Positions 7,098 to 15,522 of a stretch of 32,339 nucleotides of DNA are shown in pieces. Below the pieces are notes generated by a model. It saw only the letters and a program-made list of their open reading frames with translations, made no database searches and was not told where the DNA came from. A program made the translations under genes and the position numbers. The stretch is from Gammaproteobacteria bacterium (lineage in GTDB: Bacteria > Pseudomonadota > Gammaproteobacteria > UWMA-0217), in NCBI GenBank assembly GCA_027031685.1, contig JALVPS010000332.1, positions 1-32,339 on the forward strand, read 5' to 3'. Numbering within the stretch: position 1 is the first letter of the stretch; each line of letters starts with the position of its first letter.

Positions 7098-7571
7098 ATG
7101 AAGCGTGCTTTGCTGATCGGTGGGCTGTTGTGGCTGGGCGCCGGCCTGGCACAGGCGGGAGTAACGGTGGTGGATGCCTGGGTGCGGGTCATGCCGCCCG
7201 GAGCGCGCGCCAGCGCCGCCTTCATGACCCTGAAGAACAGCGACGACAGCCCCCACGCCCTGGTGAGGGCGCGCAGCGACGTGGCGCGCCTGGTGGAGCT
7301 GCACACCCACATCCACGACAACGGCGTGATGCGCATGCGGCCGGTCGAGCGCATCGACATCCCGGCCGGGGGCAGCGTGGCGCTCGAGCCCGGCGGCTAC
7401 CACATCATGCTCATCGACCTGCAGCGGCCCATCAAGGCCGGCGACCACGTGGCCCTGGAGCTGGAACTGGACGACGGCACACGGCTCGCCGTGCAGGCCG
7501 AGGCGCGCAGTCCGCGGCGGGGCGCCATGCCGGCCATGCACCACGGACACGAGCACCACGAGGCCCACTGA
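7098..7571 (+). CDS. Periplasmic copper chaperone PCu(A)C (DUF461)
   Basis: I start at ATG 7098, with an RBS GAGGA at 7086-7090. There is a signal peptide MKRALLIGGLLWLGAGLAQA, and the motifs VVDAWVR..., AAFMTLKN and GGYHIMLIDL are present. The C-terminal tail AMPAMHHGHEHHEAH is rich in His and Met. Confidence 0.85.
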   Translation: MKRALLIGGLLWLGAGLAQAGVTVVDAWVRVMPPGARASAAFMTLKNSDDSPHALVRARSDVARLVELHTHIHDNGVMRMRPVERIDIPAGGSVALEPGGYHIMLIDLQRPIKAGDHVALELELDDGTRLAVQAEARSPRRGAMPAMHHGHEHHEAH

Positions 7572-7617
7572 AGCGGGGGCTTGAAACGGCCGCGACCCGT
7601 CCCCATCACCCATCAGC

Positions 7618-7646
7618 GCCGGCGGATGGCGGCGCCCTCCGCCGGC
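7618..7646 (+). terminator. 9-bp GC hairpin after the PCuAC gene (weak terminator candidate)
   Basis: GCCGGCGGA (7618-7626) pairs with TCCGCCGGC (7638-7646) and is followed by TTCCCATCC. Confidence 0.3.
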
Positions 7647-7674
7647 TTCCCATCCACGAAAAGGAGGCTGATCG

Positions 7675-7890
7675 ATGACGGGTACTGCCTACAACAAGCA
7701 TCCCAAGGCCGACACGCTGCTGCATCGCGCCAGCGACACCGGCTACCGCATCGGCTGGAAGCACAAGTACAACTTCCAGCGCGGTCACTTCGACGAGGAG
7801 ATGACCTACGGCGAGGCCAAGAAAAAGGCCGAGGAATTGCAGAAGCAGGAACCGGACAAGGTCTTCTGGCCGGAAATCATTCACGCCTGA
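7675..7890 (+). CDS. Small hypothetical protein, 71 aa, Lys/Glu-rich
   Basis: A strong RBS AAGGAGG lies at 7661-7667 with 7-nt spacing. The composition is clean and protein-like, and a good intrinsic terminator follows. Confidence 0.65.
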   Translation: MTGTAYNKHPKADTLLHRASDTGYRIGWKHKYNFQRGHFDEEMTYGEAKKKAEELQKQEPDKVFWPEIIHA

Positions 7891-7903
7891 TCTTTCCCCT
7901 TCC

Positions 7904-7931
7904 GGGCGGGCCCAGGTCCGCCCTTTCTTTT
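7904..7931 (+). terminator. Rho-independent terminator
   Basis: GGGCGG (7904-7909), an 8-nt loop, then CCGCCC (7918-7923), followed by TTTCTTTT (7924-7931). Confidence 0.65.
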
Positions 7932-7999
7932 GCGCGGATGCCGGCGCGCCCGCCTTGCGCTATGTTTCCTGCAGGAGCGCATGCATCGGAGAGACAGCC

Positions 8000-8716
8000 A
8001 TGAACGCACAGACGTTGTTGGACCAGCTGCTCCGCTCGGGCCGCGAGCTGGTCGAGCAGGGCCGGCAGCTGGCCGGCAGGGGCGAGCGGGCCCTGGAAGA
8101 GCGCCTCGGCGTGCCGGCCGAGGGGCCGGAGCGGCAGGCCATGCTGGACGGCATGAAGAAGGGCGCCCTGGCGGCCGGGGCGCTGGCCCTGCTGCTGGGC
8201 ACCCGCGCCGGGCGGCGCCTGGGCGGCACGGCCCTCAGGCTGGGCAGCCTGGCGGCGGTGGGCGGGCTGGCCTGGAAGGCCTTTCAGGACTGGCAGCGCG
8301 GCCAGGGCGGGGCGGCACAGCCGGCCGGGACGCCCGTGCACCGGCTGGCGGGGCCGGCCTCCGAGCGGCGCAGCCGCCAGCTGCTGCGCGCCATGATCGC
8401 CGCCGCCAAGGCGGACGGCCACATCGACGCCGACGAGCTGGCCCGCATCCGCGAGCAGATCGACCGCCTCGGACTGGGCGGCGAGCTGACCCGGTTCATG
8501 CGTGACGAGGTGGCGCGGCCGCTGGATGTGCAGGCCGTGGCCGAGGGCGTGGAGGATCCGGAGAGCGCCGCGGAGGTGTACCTGGCCTCGCTGCTGGTCA
8601 TCGACACCCAGAACGAGCAGGAGCGTCAGTACCTGGACCGGCTGGCAGACGCCCTGCACCTGCCGCCGGCGCTGCGCGAGCGGCTGGAGCGGCAGGTGGC
8701 CGAAGGCGCGGACTGA
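8000..8716 (+). CDS. TerB-like / DUF533 (YebE-like) membrane protein
   Basis: I start at the internal ATG 8000 of track ORF 7955..8716. There is a central hydrophobic Gly/Ala-rich segment. The C-terminal domain has AMIAAAKADGHIDADELARI and the tail typical of DUF533/TerB-like proteins. Confidence 0.65.
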   Translation: MNAQTLLDQLLRSGRELVEQGRQLAGRGERALEERLGVPAEGPERQAMLDGMKKGALAAGALALLLGTRAGRRLGGTALRLGSLAAVGGLAWKAFQDWQRGQGGAAQPAGTPVHRLAGPASERRSRQLLRAMIAAAKADGHIDADELARIREQIDRLGLGGELTRFMRDEVARPLDVQAVAEGVEDPESAAEVYLASLLVIDTQNEQERQYLDRLADALHLPPALRERLERQVAEGAD

Positions 8717-8900
8717 GACGGCCGGTCCGCCACCCGCGTATGCTGCCGCCGTTGCGCGCCCGCTGGGCCATGGCCAGACCCTGCGGGTGGGTGATAATGT
8801 CCACCTCATGCACGCGGGTCGCTACTGGTCGCAGGATTGGTTGGGCGCAATGCCCATTGACGGCCCGCGGTGAGCGGCCACCAGCCATGGGAGCACCCCC

Positions 8901-9425
8901 TTGAACACCGATCTGGTCATCTCCGCAGTCGGCCGAGACCGGCCCGGCATCGTCGAGCAGCTGGCGGAGGCCATCACCGCCACCGGCTGCAATATCGAAC
9001 AGAGCCGCATGGCTCAGTTGGGTGGTGAATTCGCCATCATCTTGCGCGTCACGGGCACGGCGGAGGCCATCGCCTGCCTGGCCGAAGTCACGGACGAGAT
9101 CGAAGAGGCCACCGGCCTCAGCCTGCTCACCCGCGCCAGCGAGGCGGCCCCCGCGCGCGAGGCGCTGCCCTGCCGGGTGGAGGTGGTGGCCATGGACCAG
9201 CCGGGCATCGTGCACGAGGTGACCGCCTTCTTCGCCCGGCGCGGCATCAACATCGCCGAACTGGCCACCGACACCTACGCCGCGCCCCACACCGGCACGC
9301 CCATGTTCTCCCTGGCCATGACCGTGCAGCTGCCGGCCGGCACCGCGCCCGGCAAGTTGCGCCAGGCCTTCCAGGCCTTCTGCGATGAGCAGGGCATCGA
9401 CGGCACCCTGGAGGCGGTGCGGTGA
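8901..9425 (+). CDS. Tandem ACT-domain protein, glycine cleavage system regulator GcvR-like
   Basis: The start is TTG 8901. There are two ACT-like repeats (VISAVGRDRPGIVEQLAEAI... and VEVVAMDQPGIVHEVTAFFARRGINI...). Confidence 0.72.
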   Translation: MNTDLVISAVGRDRPGIVEQLAEAITATGCNIEQSRMAQLGGEFAIILRVTGTAEAIACLAEVTDEIEEATGLSLLTRASEAAPAREALPCRVEVVAMDQPGIVHEVTAFFARRGINIAELATDTYAAPHTGTPMFSLAMTVQLPAGTAPGKLRQAFQAFCDEQGIDGTLEAVR

Positions 9426-9434
9426 GGCGGGGCC

Positions 9435-9920
9435 GTGGCGCGCGATGAGCGCCTGCCCCGCCCGGCGGCGGAAGGAGAGGGGCGCGCCGGCGCGGTGTGG
9501 CCGGGGCCCGACTACCAGCGCCAGGTGGCCGAGCTGCGCCGCCGCGTGGGGCAGGAGATCTACCTGGCCGAAGTGCGTGGTGACGACCTGCACCTGTCGG
9601 TCAGCTTCGCCCATCGGCCCTACCGCCTGCTGGCGGTGGTGGATTATCCGCTCCCCGACCCGGCGACCCATCTCTACCCCCATATGCTGGTGCTGGACGA
9701 CGGCCGCGGCGTCAATCTGGGACGCATTGCCCGCGTCAGTCTGGAGCGGCCCTTCCAGCCCGCTCCCGAGCAGATCCTGTTTCAGGACGCGCGCCTGAAC
9801 GAGGCCCTGTTGTCCTCGGAGCGCCGCCTGTCGCGCGAGCAGGTGCACCGCCTGTCGCGTGCCCACCTGGGGACGCTGCTGGGCCGGCCGCCGCCGCGCC
9901 GGCTGGAGGGGGAGGACTGA
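9435..9920 (+). CDS. Hypothetical protein, 161 aa
   Basis: GTG 9435 lies 9 nt after the GcvR-like stop, so this is probably the same operon. I recognise no family. Confidence 0.45.
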   Translation: MARDERLPRPAAEGEGRAGAVWPGPDYQRQVAELRRRVGQEIYLAEVRGDDLHLSVSFAHRPYRLLAVVDYPLPDPATHLYPHMLVLDDGRGVNLGRIARVSLERPFQPAPEQILFQDARLNEALLSSERRLSREQVHRLSRAHLGTLLGRPPPRRLEGED

Positions 9921-9934
9921 GCGGAGCGAAATAA

Positions 9935-9951
9935 TGGCGCCCGGGGCGCCA
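9935..9951. terminator. 7-bp palindromic hairpin between convergent genes
   Basis: TGGCGCC, a CGG loop, then GGCGCCA. It is flanked by AAATAA on the plus strand, which reads as ATTATTTC after the hairpin on the minus strand, so it is better placed as the terminator of the minus-strand gene 9979..10353. Confidence 0.4.
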
Positions 9952-9978
9952 CGTTACGTCTGTGGAACAGATGGGACG

Positions 9979-10353
9979 TCAGCGCTTGGCGTGCTTGAAG
10001 GCCTCGTCGCAGGCCTTGCCGTACATGTTGTCCTCGGTGCGCTCCCAGGTCATGGCGTGCCAGTCCACCACCTTGTCCTGGTCGGTGAACAGCAGCAGGC
10101 TGCCGCAGGTGGGTGACTTCATGGGCACCATGTAGGTGTACTTGTTGCCTTCCTTGCGCATGGGGCCGGCGATGCCGTACTCCTGTTTGAGGAAGCTGTC
10201 CACTTGGGCGAGATTCTGGCCGTAGTACTTCTCGATGGAGCGGGCCAGCTTCAGGGCGAGGCCCTCGTCGGTGTCGGCCGTCGCCGTGGCCGCGCCGGTC
10301 AGGGCGGCGAGGAGCAGGGCGCTACCGAGGGCGATGTGGGAGACTGTCTTCAT
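9979..10353 (-). CDS. Secreted hypothetical protein, 124 aa
   Basis: I start at the internal ATG 10353 of track ORF 9979..10632. There is a signal peptide MKTVSHIALGSALLLAALTGAATATA, and an AT-rich promoter-like region lies upstream (10360-10440). Confidence 0.62.
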   Translation of the reverse strand: MKTVSHIALGSALLLAALTGAATATADTDEGLALKLARSIEKYYGQNLAQVDSFLKQEYGIAGPMRKEGNKYTYMVPMKSPTCGSLLLFTDQDKVVDWHAMTWERTEDNMYGKACDEAFKHAKR

Positions 10354-10565
10354 GGCGAGTGTCCTGTCTGAAATAAAAACTCTTTGGAAGTTAGAGGGAT
10401 AGTCCAGTAATTGCAAGTGATGTTTGAATATGGACTGTTGCGTTGCCGTTGCCCCGGCGCAGGGGGGTGTCCCCTGCCGGGAGGCTATTCTGCGGCGCGC
10501 CGGCGCGGCTCCGCAAGGGAACCATCTGCCAAGCCCGGCGCAGTTCAACCCCTCCGGGGCAACCC

Positions 10566-11057
10566 ATGACCTCCACCGCCGATTCCGACTTGCTCGCCGC
10601 CAGTGGCCTGCTCCAGCGCCTGCAGGCGACATGCCCGCGGCGCCTGCTGTGGCTGGCGTCGTTGCCCTGTCCCGCGCTGCCTGGCGTGGCGGTCACCACG
10701 CTGCCCCTGGCGGAGGCCAGGGCCGGGCTGGCCGGGCTGCCGCGCCAGTCGCTGGCCGTGCTGGTGGATCCCCTGGCCGCCCTGCCGCGGCGCGAGGCCG
10801 AGGCCCTGCTGGCGGCCCTGCGCGACCTGCACGCCGAGGCCCTGCTGCTGCTCACTCCGCTGCAGGCGGGAGCGGAAGCGGGCTGGAAGGTGGCCGATCT
10901 GCTGGCCCTGGGCCTGCGGCAAGTGGCCACCACGCGTCACGGGGGGCGCGACTGGTGGCTGTGCCACTTCAATCTGTACGACTACAAGGTCACGCCGGAC
11001 TGGTTCAACCCGCGCTTCTGGGCCCATCCGGAGCGCTGGGACAAGGACTGGTGGTGA
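10566..11057 (+). CDS. Conserved hypothetical protein (I suspect DUF6231-like but am not certain)
   Basis: I start at the internal ATG 10566 of track ORF 10443..11057. The C-terminus (WWLCHFNLYDYKVTPDWFNPRFWAHPERWDKDWW) is Trp-rich. Confidence 0.5.
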   Translation: MTSTADSDLLAASGLLQRLQATCPRRLLWLASLPCPALPGVAVTTLPLAEARAGLAGLPRQSLAVLVDPLAALPRREAEALLAALRDLHAEALLLLTPLQAGAEAGWKVADLLALGLRQVATTRHGGRDWWLCHFNLYDYKVTPDWFNPRFWAHPERWDKDWW

Positions 11058-11079
11058 GGCGGCGCCGCGGCGCGGGCTT

Positions 11080-11108
11080 TTGGCGCGCCGCCGGCCGGCC
11101 GGTAGAAT
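11080..11108 (+). promoter_or_regulatory. Candidate sigma70 promoter for ibaG
   Basis: TTGGCG (11080-11085), a 17-nt spacer, then TAGAAT (11103-11108), 37 nt upstream of ATG 11145. Confidence 0.35.
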
Positions 11109-11144
11109 GGCGCGCCCGCGATCTGGAGGGAGGCACGGAAGATC

Positions 11145-11396
11145 ATGCAACCGGATGAAATCAAGGCCCTCATCACGGCCGGCATCCCCGGCAGCCAGGT
11201 GACGGTCACCGGCGATGGCAGACATTTCGAGGCCACCGTGGTGAGCGACGCCTTCGAGGGGCTGTCCATGCTCAAGCAGCATCAGATGGTCTACCGGGTG
11301 CTCGACGAGCACATCGCCAGTGGGGCCATCCACGCCCTCAGCATCCGTTCCTACACGCCCGCCGCCTGGGCACGGGTGCGGGGTGGTGGCGAATAG
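11145..11396 (+). CDS. ibaG: BolA-family protein IbaG
   Basis: The 83-aa product has the pattern V.V.GDG.HF.A.VVSD.F.G.S.L.QHQMVY..L...I.SG.IHALS..TYTP, typical of BolA/IbaG. Confidence 0.85.
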   Translation: MQPDEIKALITAGIPGSQVTVTGDGRHFEATVVSDAFEGLSMLKQHQMVYRVLDEHIASGAIHALSIRSYTPAAWARVRGGGE

Positions 11397-11480
11397 CCGC
11401 CGCCCCGGCCGTCCGCCGAAGCAATCCTTCCCGCTGAACTTTTTGTCCATTCCCCCCTCTCAACGGGGGCATACGCTGCC

Positions 11481-13031
11481 ATGCCATCAGGAATGGACAG
11501 GAATATAAGACGGATACTCCATCCCGCACACCCCGTGACACGCCGCTGGCTGGCCCTGGCGGCCCTGCTGTGGTTGTGGCCGGCCGTGCTGCTGGCCTTT
11601 GGTTACGACGACGTGGTGCGGCGCGCCGCCGCGCTGGCCGCGCGGCCCTATGAGCCGCCGCCGCAGGTGCCCGAGTTCCTGCGGCGGCTGGATTACGATG
11701 CCCATCGCGACATCCGCTTCCGCCCCGAACACAGCCTGTGGCGCCATCCCGGCACACACTTCGATGTGCAGCTGTTCCACCCCGGCGCGGTGTTCGACCG
11801 CCCCGTGCGCATCAATATCTACGACAGCACCGGCGTGCACCCGCTGCCCTTCCACAAGGACTGGTTCGACTATGGCCGCAGTGCCGCCCTGGTCGAACGC
11901 ATCCCGGACGATCTGGGCTACGCCGGCTTCAAGGTCTACTACCCCCTCAATCGGCCGGACGTGCAGGACGAGGTGATCGCCTTCGCCGGTGCCAGTTATT
12001 TCCGCGCCGTGAGCGCCGGGGCCCGTTACGGCCTGTCGGCGCGCGGGCTGGCCATCGACACCGGCCTGGAGAGCGGCGAGGAGTTCCCCCTGTTCCGCGA
12101 GTTCTGGCTGGAGCGGCCCGGGCCGCGCGCCACGGTCATGGTGGTGTACGCGCTGCTGGACGGGCCGCGCGTCACGGGCGCCTACCGCTTCGTCATCCAT
12201 CCTGGCCGCACCACCTGGGTGGACGTGCGCGCCACCCTGTTCCAGCGCGAGGCCGTAAAGGAACTGGGCATCGCCCCGCTCACCAGCATGTTCTGGTACG
12301 GCGAGGCCCATCCGCGCCCCGCCGCCGACTACCGCGACGAGGTGCACGACTCGGACGGCCTGTTCCTGGTGAACGGCAACGGCGAGCGCCTGTGGCGGCC
12401 GCTGGGCAACGAGCGGCGCCTGCGTCTGAGCCAGTTTCGGCAGGAGAACCCGCGCCTGTTCGGCCTGCTGCAGCGCGACCGCGACTTCGCCAGTTACCAG
12501 GACCTGGAGGCGCGCATGGAGCTGCGCCCCTCGGCCTGGGTGGAGCCGGTCGGTGACTGGGGGCGCGGCTATGTCAAGCTGACCGAGATCCCCACCCGCA
12601 ACGAATTCAACGACAACATCGTCGCCTACTGGGTCATGGACCCCGCACCGCCGGTCGACCATCCCGTGGAGATCGCCTACCGCATCGGCTGGAGCTTGGA
12701 CGAGCCGCTGGCCGATGCCGGCGGCCGTGTCGTCGGTACCCGCTTGGCGGACGGCCATGTAGAGGGCACGCGCCGCTTCCTGGTGGACTTCGCCGGCCCC
12801 GCCCTGGCCGCGCTGGACCCCGACGCCGAGGTGCAGGGCGTGGTGAGCGGCGACCGCAAGGTGGACATCGTGGAGCAGCACGTGACCCGCAACCCGGTCA
12901 CCGGCGGTTGGCGCCTGTCCTTCGCCCTGCGTCCGCCCCGCAAGCGGCCGCTGGTGCTGCGCGCCTACCTGCGCCATGGCGACGACGTGGTGAGTGAGAC
13001 CTGGACCTGGCTGATGGAGCCTGAATCATGA
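11481..13031 (+). CDS. opgG: Periplasmic glucan biosynthesis protein OpgG/MdoG family
   Basis: The 516-aa product resembles MdoG/OpgD throughout (FRPEHSLW, FHPG..F..PV.IN, LYPLNRPD, EFPLFREFWLERP...). The stop overlaps the next ORF (ATGA at 13028-13031). The start could be ATG 11481 or 11493. Confidence 0.88.
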   Translation: MPSGMDRNIRRILHPAHPVTRRWLALAALLWLWPAVLLAFGYDDVVRRAAALAARPYEPPPQVPEFLRRLDYDAHRDIRFRPEHSLWRHPGTHFDVQLFHPGAVFDRPVRINIYDSTGVHPLPFHKDWFDYGRSAALVERIPDDLGYAGFKVYYPLNRPDVQDEVIAFAGASYFRAVSAGARYGLSARGLAIDTGLESGEEFPLFREFWLERPGPRATVMVVYALLDGPRVTGAYRFVIHPGRTTWVDVRATLFQREAVKELGIAPLTSMFWYGEAHPRPAADYRDEVHDSDGLFLVNGNGERLWRPLGNERRLRLSQFRQENPRLFGLLQRDRDFASYQDLEARMELRPSAWVEPVGDWGRGYVKLTEIPTRNEFNDNIVAYWVMDPAPPVDHPVEIAYRIGWSLDEPLADAGGRVVGTRLADGHVEGTRRFLVDFAGPALAALDPDAEVQGVVSGDRKVDIVEQHVTRNPVTGGWRLSFALRPPRKRPLVLRAYLRHGDDVVSETWTWLMEPES

Positions 13032-13411
13032 GCGAAACACCCGTACCCCGCGTGCATTACCCGCTGGCCTGTCACGCGCCGCCCGACCTGCTGGCCGAGG
13101 CGCGCCGTCTGGCCGCCCGCGGCGAGACCTGGCTGCGGGCGGCCGGTTGGCCGCCGGCGCAGGCCAGCCGGCGCGCCCGCGAGCTGGCGGCTGCGACCCT
13201 GGCGACGCCTCGCTGGCTGCGGGGCGAGGACCCTTGGCCGTGGCTGCTGGCGCGCCTGCAGGCAGAGCTGCAGGCCAGCCTGCCGCTGGTCGGGCGCGAG
13301 GCCCTGTATCCGCGCCCGCGTCGCTGCATGGCGCCACGGCCGGCCCCCGCCCGCTGGTGGCGGCGGCTGGCGCGTCGCCTCGGCGGCGGCCAACGCGGAC
13401 TGGCCTCATGA
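13028..13411 (+). CDS. ORF resembling the N-terminal cytoplasmic segment of OpgH, in a different frame from the main opgH body
   Basis: The ATG overlaps the opgG stop, which is the classic opgG-opgH junction. The 127-aa product ends ...RPAPARWWRRLARRLGGGQRGLAS, then a TGA that overlaps ATG 13408 of the main body. See the findings. Confidence 0.5.
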   Translation: MSETPVPRVHYPLACHAPPDLLAEARRLAARGETWLRAAGWPPAQASRRARELAAATLATPRWLRGEDPWPWLLARLQAELQASLPLVGREALYPRPRRCMAPRPAPARWWRRLARRLGGGQRGLAS

Positions 13412-15522
13412 GCGGCGATTGGCGCTGGCGCGCCTGGCGGCGCCGCGTGTTGCTGTTTGGGCTCACCGGGCTGCAGACCTGGGCCGCCGCGCGCACCTTC
13501 GCGCAGCTCCTGCCGGAGCGCGGCGCCAGTCCGCTGGAACAGGCCGTCGTGGCTCTGTTCGTGGTGCTGTTCGGCTGGATCTCACTGGGCTTCTGGACGG
13601 CGCTGGCCGGTTTTCTCGTGCACCTGCTCGGGCGCGGTCGCAGTGCCTTGGCGTCGCTGGTGGGGAACGTGTCCGGCGCACCGCTGGCGCCCACTGCCAT
13701 CGTCATGCCCATCTGCAACGAGGATCCGGCGCGCGTGTTCGCTGGCCTGCGCGCCACCTATGATTCGCTGCGTGCCACCGGGCGGTTGGAACACTTCGAG
13801 TTCTTCATCCTCAGCGACACCGGCGACCCCGACCTGTGGGTGGAGGAGGAGCGCGCCCTAGCCGACTGGCTGGCCGCCGGCGGCGACGCGCGCCGCATCC
13901 ACTACCGGCGGCGCGCCGTGCGCCTGCGCCGCAAGACCGGCAACATCGCCGACTTCTGCCGCCGCTGGGGGGCGCGCTTCCGCTACATGATCGTGTTCGA
14001 CGCCGACAGCATGATGCGCGGCGAGACGCTGGTGCGCATGGTGCAGATCATGGAGCGCCGCCGCCGCATCGGCATCCTGCAGACCGCGCCGCGCACGGTG
14101 GGGCGTGAGTCGCTGTATGCGCGCATGCAGCAGTTCGCCAACCACGTGTACGGGCCGCTGTTTACCGCCGGCCTGGATTATTGGCAGATGGGCGATGGCT
14201 ATTACTGGGGCCACAATGCCATCATCCGCCTGGCGCCCTTCATCGAGCACTGCGCCCTGGCGCGCCTGCCGGGGCGTGGCGCCCTGGCAGGTGAGGTGCT
14301 GAGCCACGACTTCGTGGAGGCGGCCTGGATGCGGGCCGCCGGCTGGGAGGTGTGGCTGGCCCACGACCTGCCGGGCAGCTATGAGGAGCCGCCGCCCACC
14401 CTGCTCGACGAGCTCAAGCGCGACCGGCGCTGGTCACAGGGCAATCTGCAGCACCTGCGTCTGCTGGCGCGCCCGGGCCTGACGCTCACCCACCGCATCA
14501 TGTTTCTGTATGGCATGCTCGCCTACGGCGCCTCGCTGCTGTGGCTGGCCCTGCTGGCCCTGAGCTCCTGGGACATGCTGCGCCACGTGGACAGCGAGCC
14601 GCGCTTCTTCCCGGACCACTACACCCTGTATCCGGACTGGACGCCACTCACCACCGCCGAGCAGGCCTTGGCCCTGTTCTCCGCCACCGCCACCCTGCTG
14701 TTCCTGCCCAAGCTGCTGGGCTGGGCGCTGCGCGTGCTGCGTGGCGGCTGGCGCGACTGGGGTGGCCTGGGCGGGCTCACCGCGGGCGTGCTGCTGGAGA
14801 CGCTGCTGTCGGCCCTGCTGGCGCCGGTGCGCATGCTGTTCCACAGCCGCTACGTCCTGCTGGCCCTGCTGGGACGCGCCGCCGGCTGGGGTGGCCAGCG
14901 CCGCGATGATGCCGAGACCGGCTGGGCGGAAGCCTTCCAGCGCCACGCTGCCGGCGTGCTGCTGGCCGCCGCCTGGCTGGAGGCCTTCTGGTGGTGGGGG
15001 CCGGACTATCTGCCGTGGATCAGTCCCGTAGCGGGGGCGTTGGTGGTGGCGCCGCTGCTGTCGGTGTCCACCAGCCGGGTGCGCTGGGGGCGCGCCCTGC
15101 GCCGGCTGGGCCTGTTCGTCATTCCCGCGGAGGCGCGTCCGGAGCAGCTGTTGCGGGACACCGTCCGCGCCACCGCGCGCCACGCCGCGCGGGTCGCCGG
15201 GCAGCGTTGGCGCGGCTTCGCGGCGGCCGTGCTCGATCCACGCCTGCACCTTGTGCACCTGGCCCGCCTGCCGCGCCGGCGTGTGACCCCGCCGGCCACG
15301 GCGGCCGCCCTGGAGGAACTGGTGGCGCGGACGCTGGCGGAAGGCCTCGAAGTGCTGGATGCCGCCGGGCGCGAGCTGCTGCTGCGCCACCGCGCGCCGC
15401 TGGCGCGGCTGCACACCGAGCTGTGGCGGCAGGGGGCGGCGGCGCGGGTGCGCTGGGCGCAGCGGCCGCCGGATGGGGAAGTGGCCGTGGTGGTGGACGC
15501 CGTCCGGCCGCTGGCTGCCTAG
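13408..15522 (+). CDS. opgH: Glucans biosynthesis glucosyltransferase OpgH/MdoH (transmembrane and GT2 body)
   Basis: From ATG 13408 the product begins MSGDWRWRAWRRRVLLFGL.... The motifs IVMPICNEDP, FFILSDT, RRK.GNIADFCRRWG, MIVFDADS, YWGHNAIIR, SHDFVEAA and LKRDRRWSQGNLQH are present. The frame-1 extension upstream to 13147 is Ala/Gly/Pro/Arg-rich and looks non-coding. Confidence 0.9.
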   Translation: MSGDWRWRAWRRRVLLFGLTGLQTWAAARTFAQLLPERGASPLEQAVVALFVVLFGWISLGFWTALAGFLVHLLGRGRSALASLVGNVSGAPLAPTAIVMPICNEDPARVFAGLRATYDSLRATGRLEHFEFFILSDTGDPDLWVEEERALADWLAAGGDARRIHYRRRAVRLRRKTGNIADFCRRWGARFRYMIVFDADSMMRGETLVRMVQIMERRRRIGILQTAPRTVGRESLYARMQQFANHVYGPLFTAGLDYWQMGDGYYWGHNAIIRLAPFIEHCALARLPGRGALAGEVLSHDFVEAAWMRAAGWEVWLAHDLPGSYEEPPPTLLDELKRDRRWSQGNLQHLRLLARPGLTLTHRIMFLYGMLAYGASLLWLALLALSSWDMLRHVDSEPRFFPDHYTLYPDWTPLTTAEQALALFSATATLLFLPKLLGWALRVLRGGWRDWGGLGGLTAGVLLETLLSALLAPVRMLFHSRYVLLALLGRAAGWGGQRRDDAETGWAEAFQRHAAGVLLAAAWLEAFWWWGPDYLPWISPVAGALVVAPLLSVSTSRVRWGRALRRLGLFVIPAEARPEQLLRDTVRATARHAARVAGQRWRGFAAAVLDPRLHLVHLARLPRRRVTPPATAAALEELVARTLAEGLEVLDAAGRELLLRHRAPLARLHTELWRQGAAARVRWAQRPPDGEVAVVVDAVRPLAA

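Noticed and set aside
10354-10440. This is a markedly AT-rich ~85-bp island in otherwise GC-rich DNA, followed by a CAGGGG-GGTGT-CCCCTG hairpin near 10460-10476.
   Set aside because: It sits exactly where the promoter and 5' UTR of the secreted-protein gene (minus strand) and the upstream region of the next plus-strand gene are expected. I could discern no repeat or RNA-gene signature.
13147-13407. The track extends opgH upstream in frame 1 (the start of ORF 13147..15522).
   Set aside because: The translation (AAGAGQPARPRAGG...GASPRRRPTRTGL) is not protein-like. The frame-2 ORF that starts at the opgG stop looks like the genuine N-terminal segment (see the finding on the split opgH).
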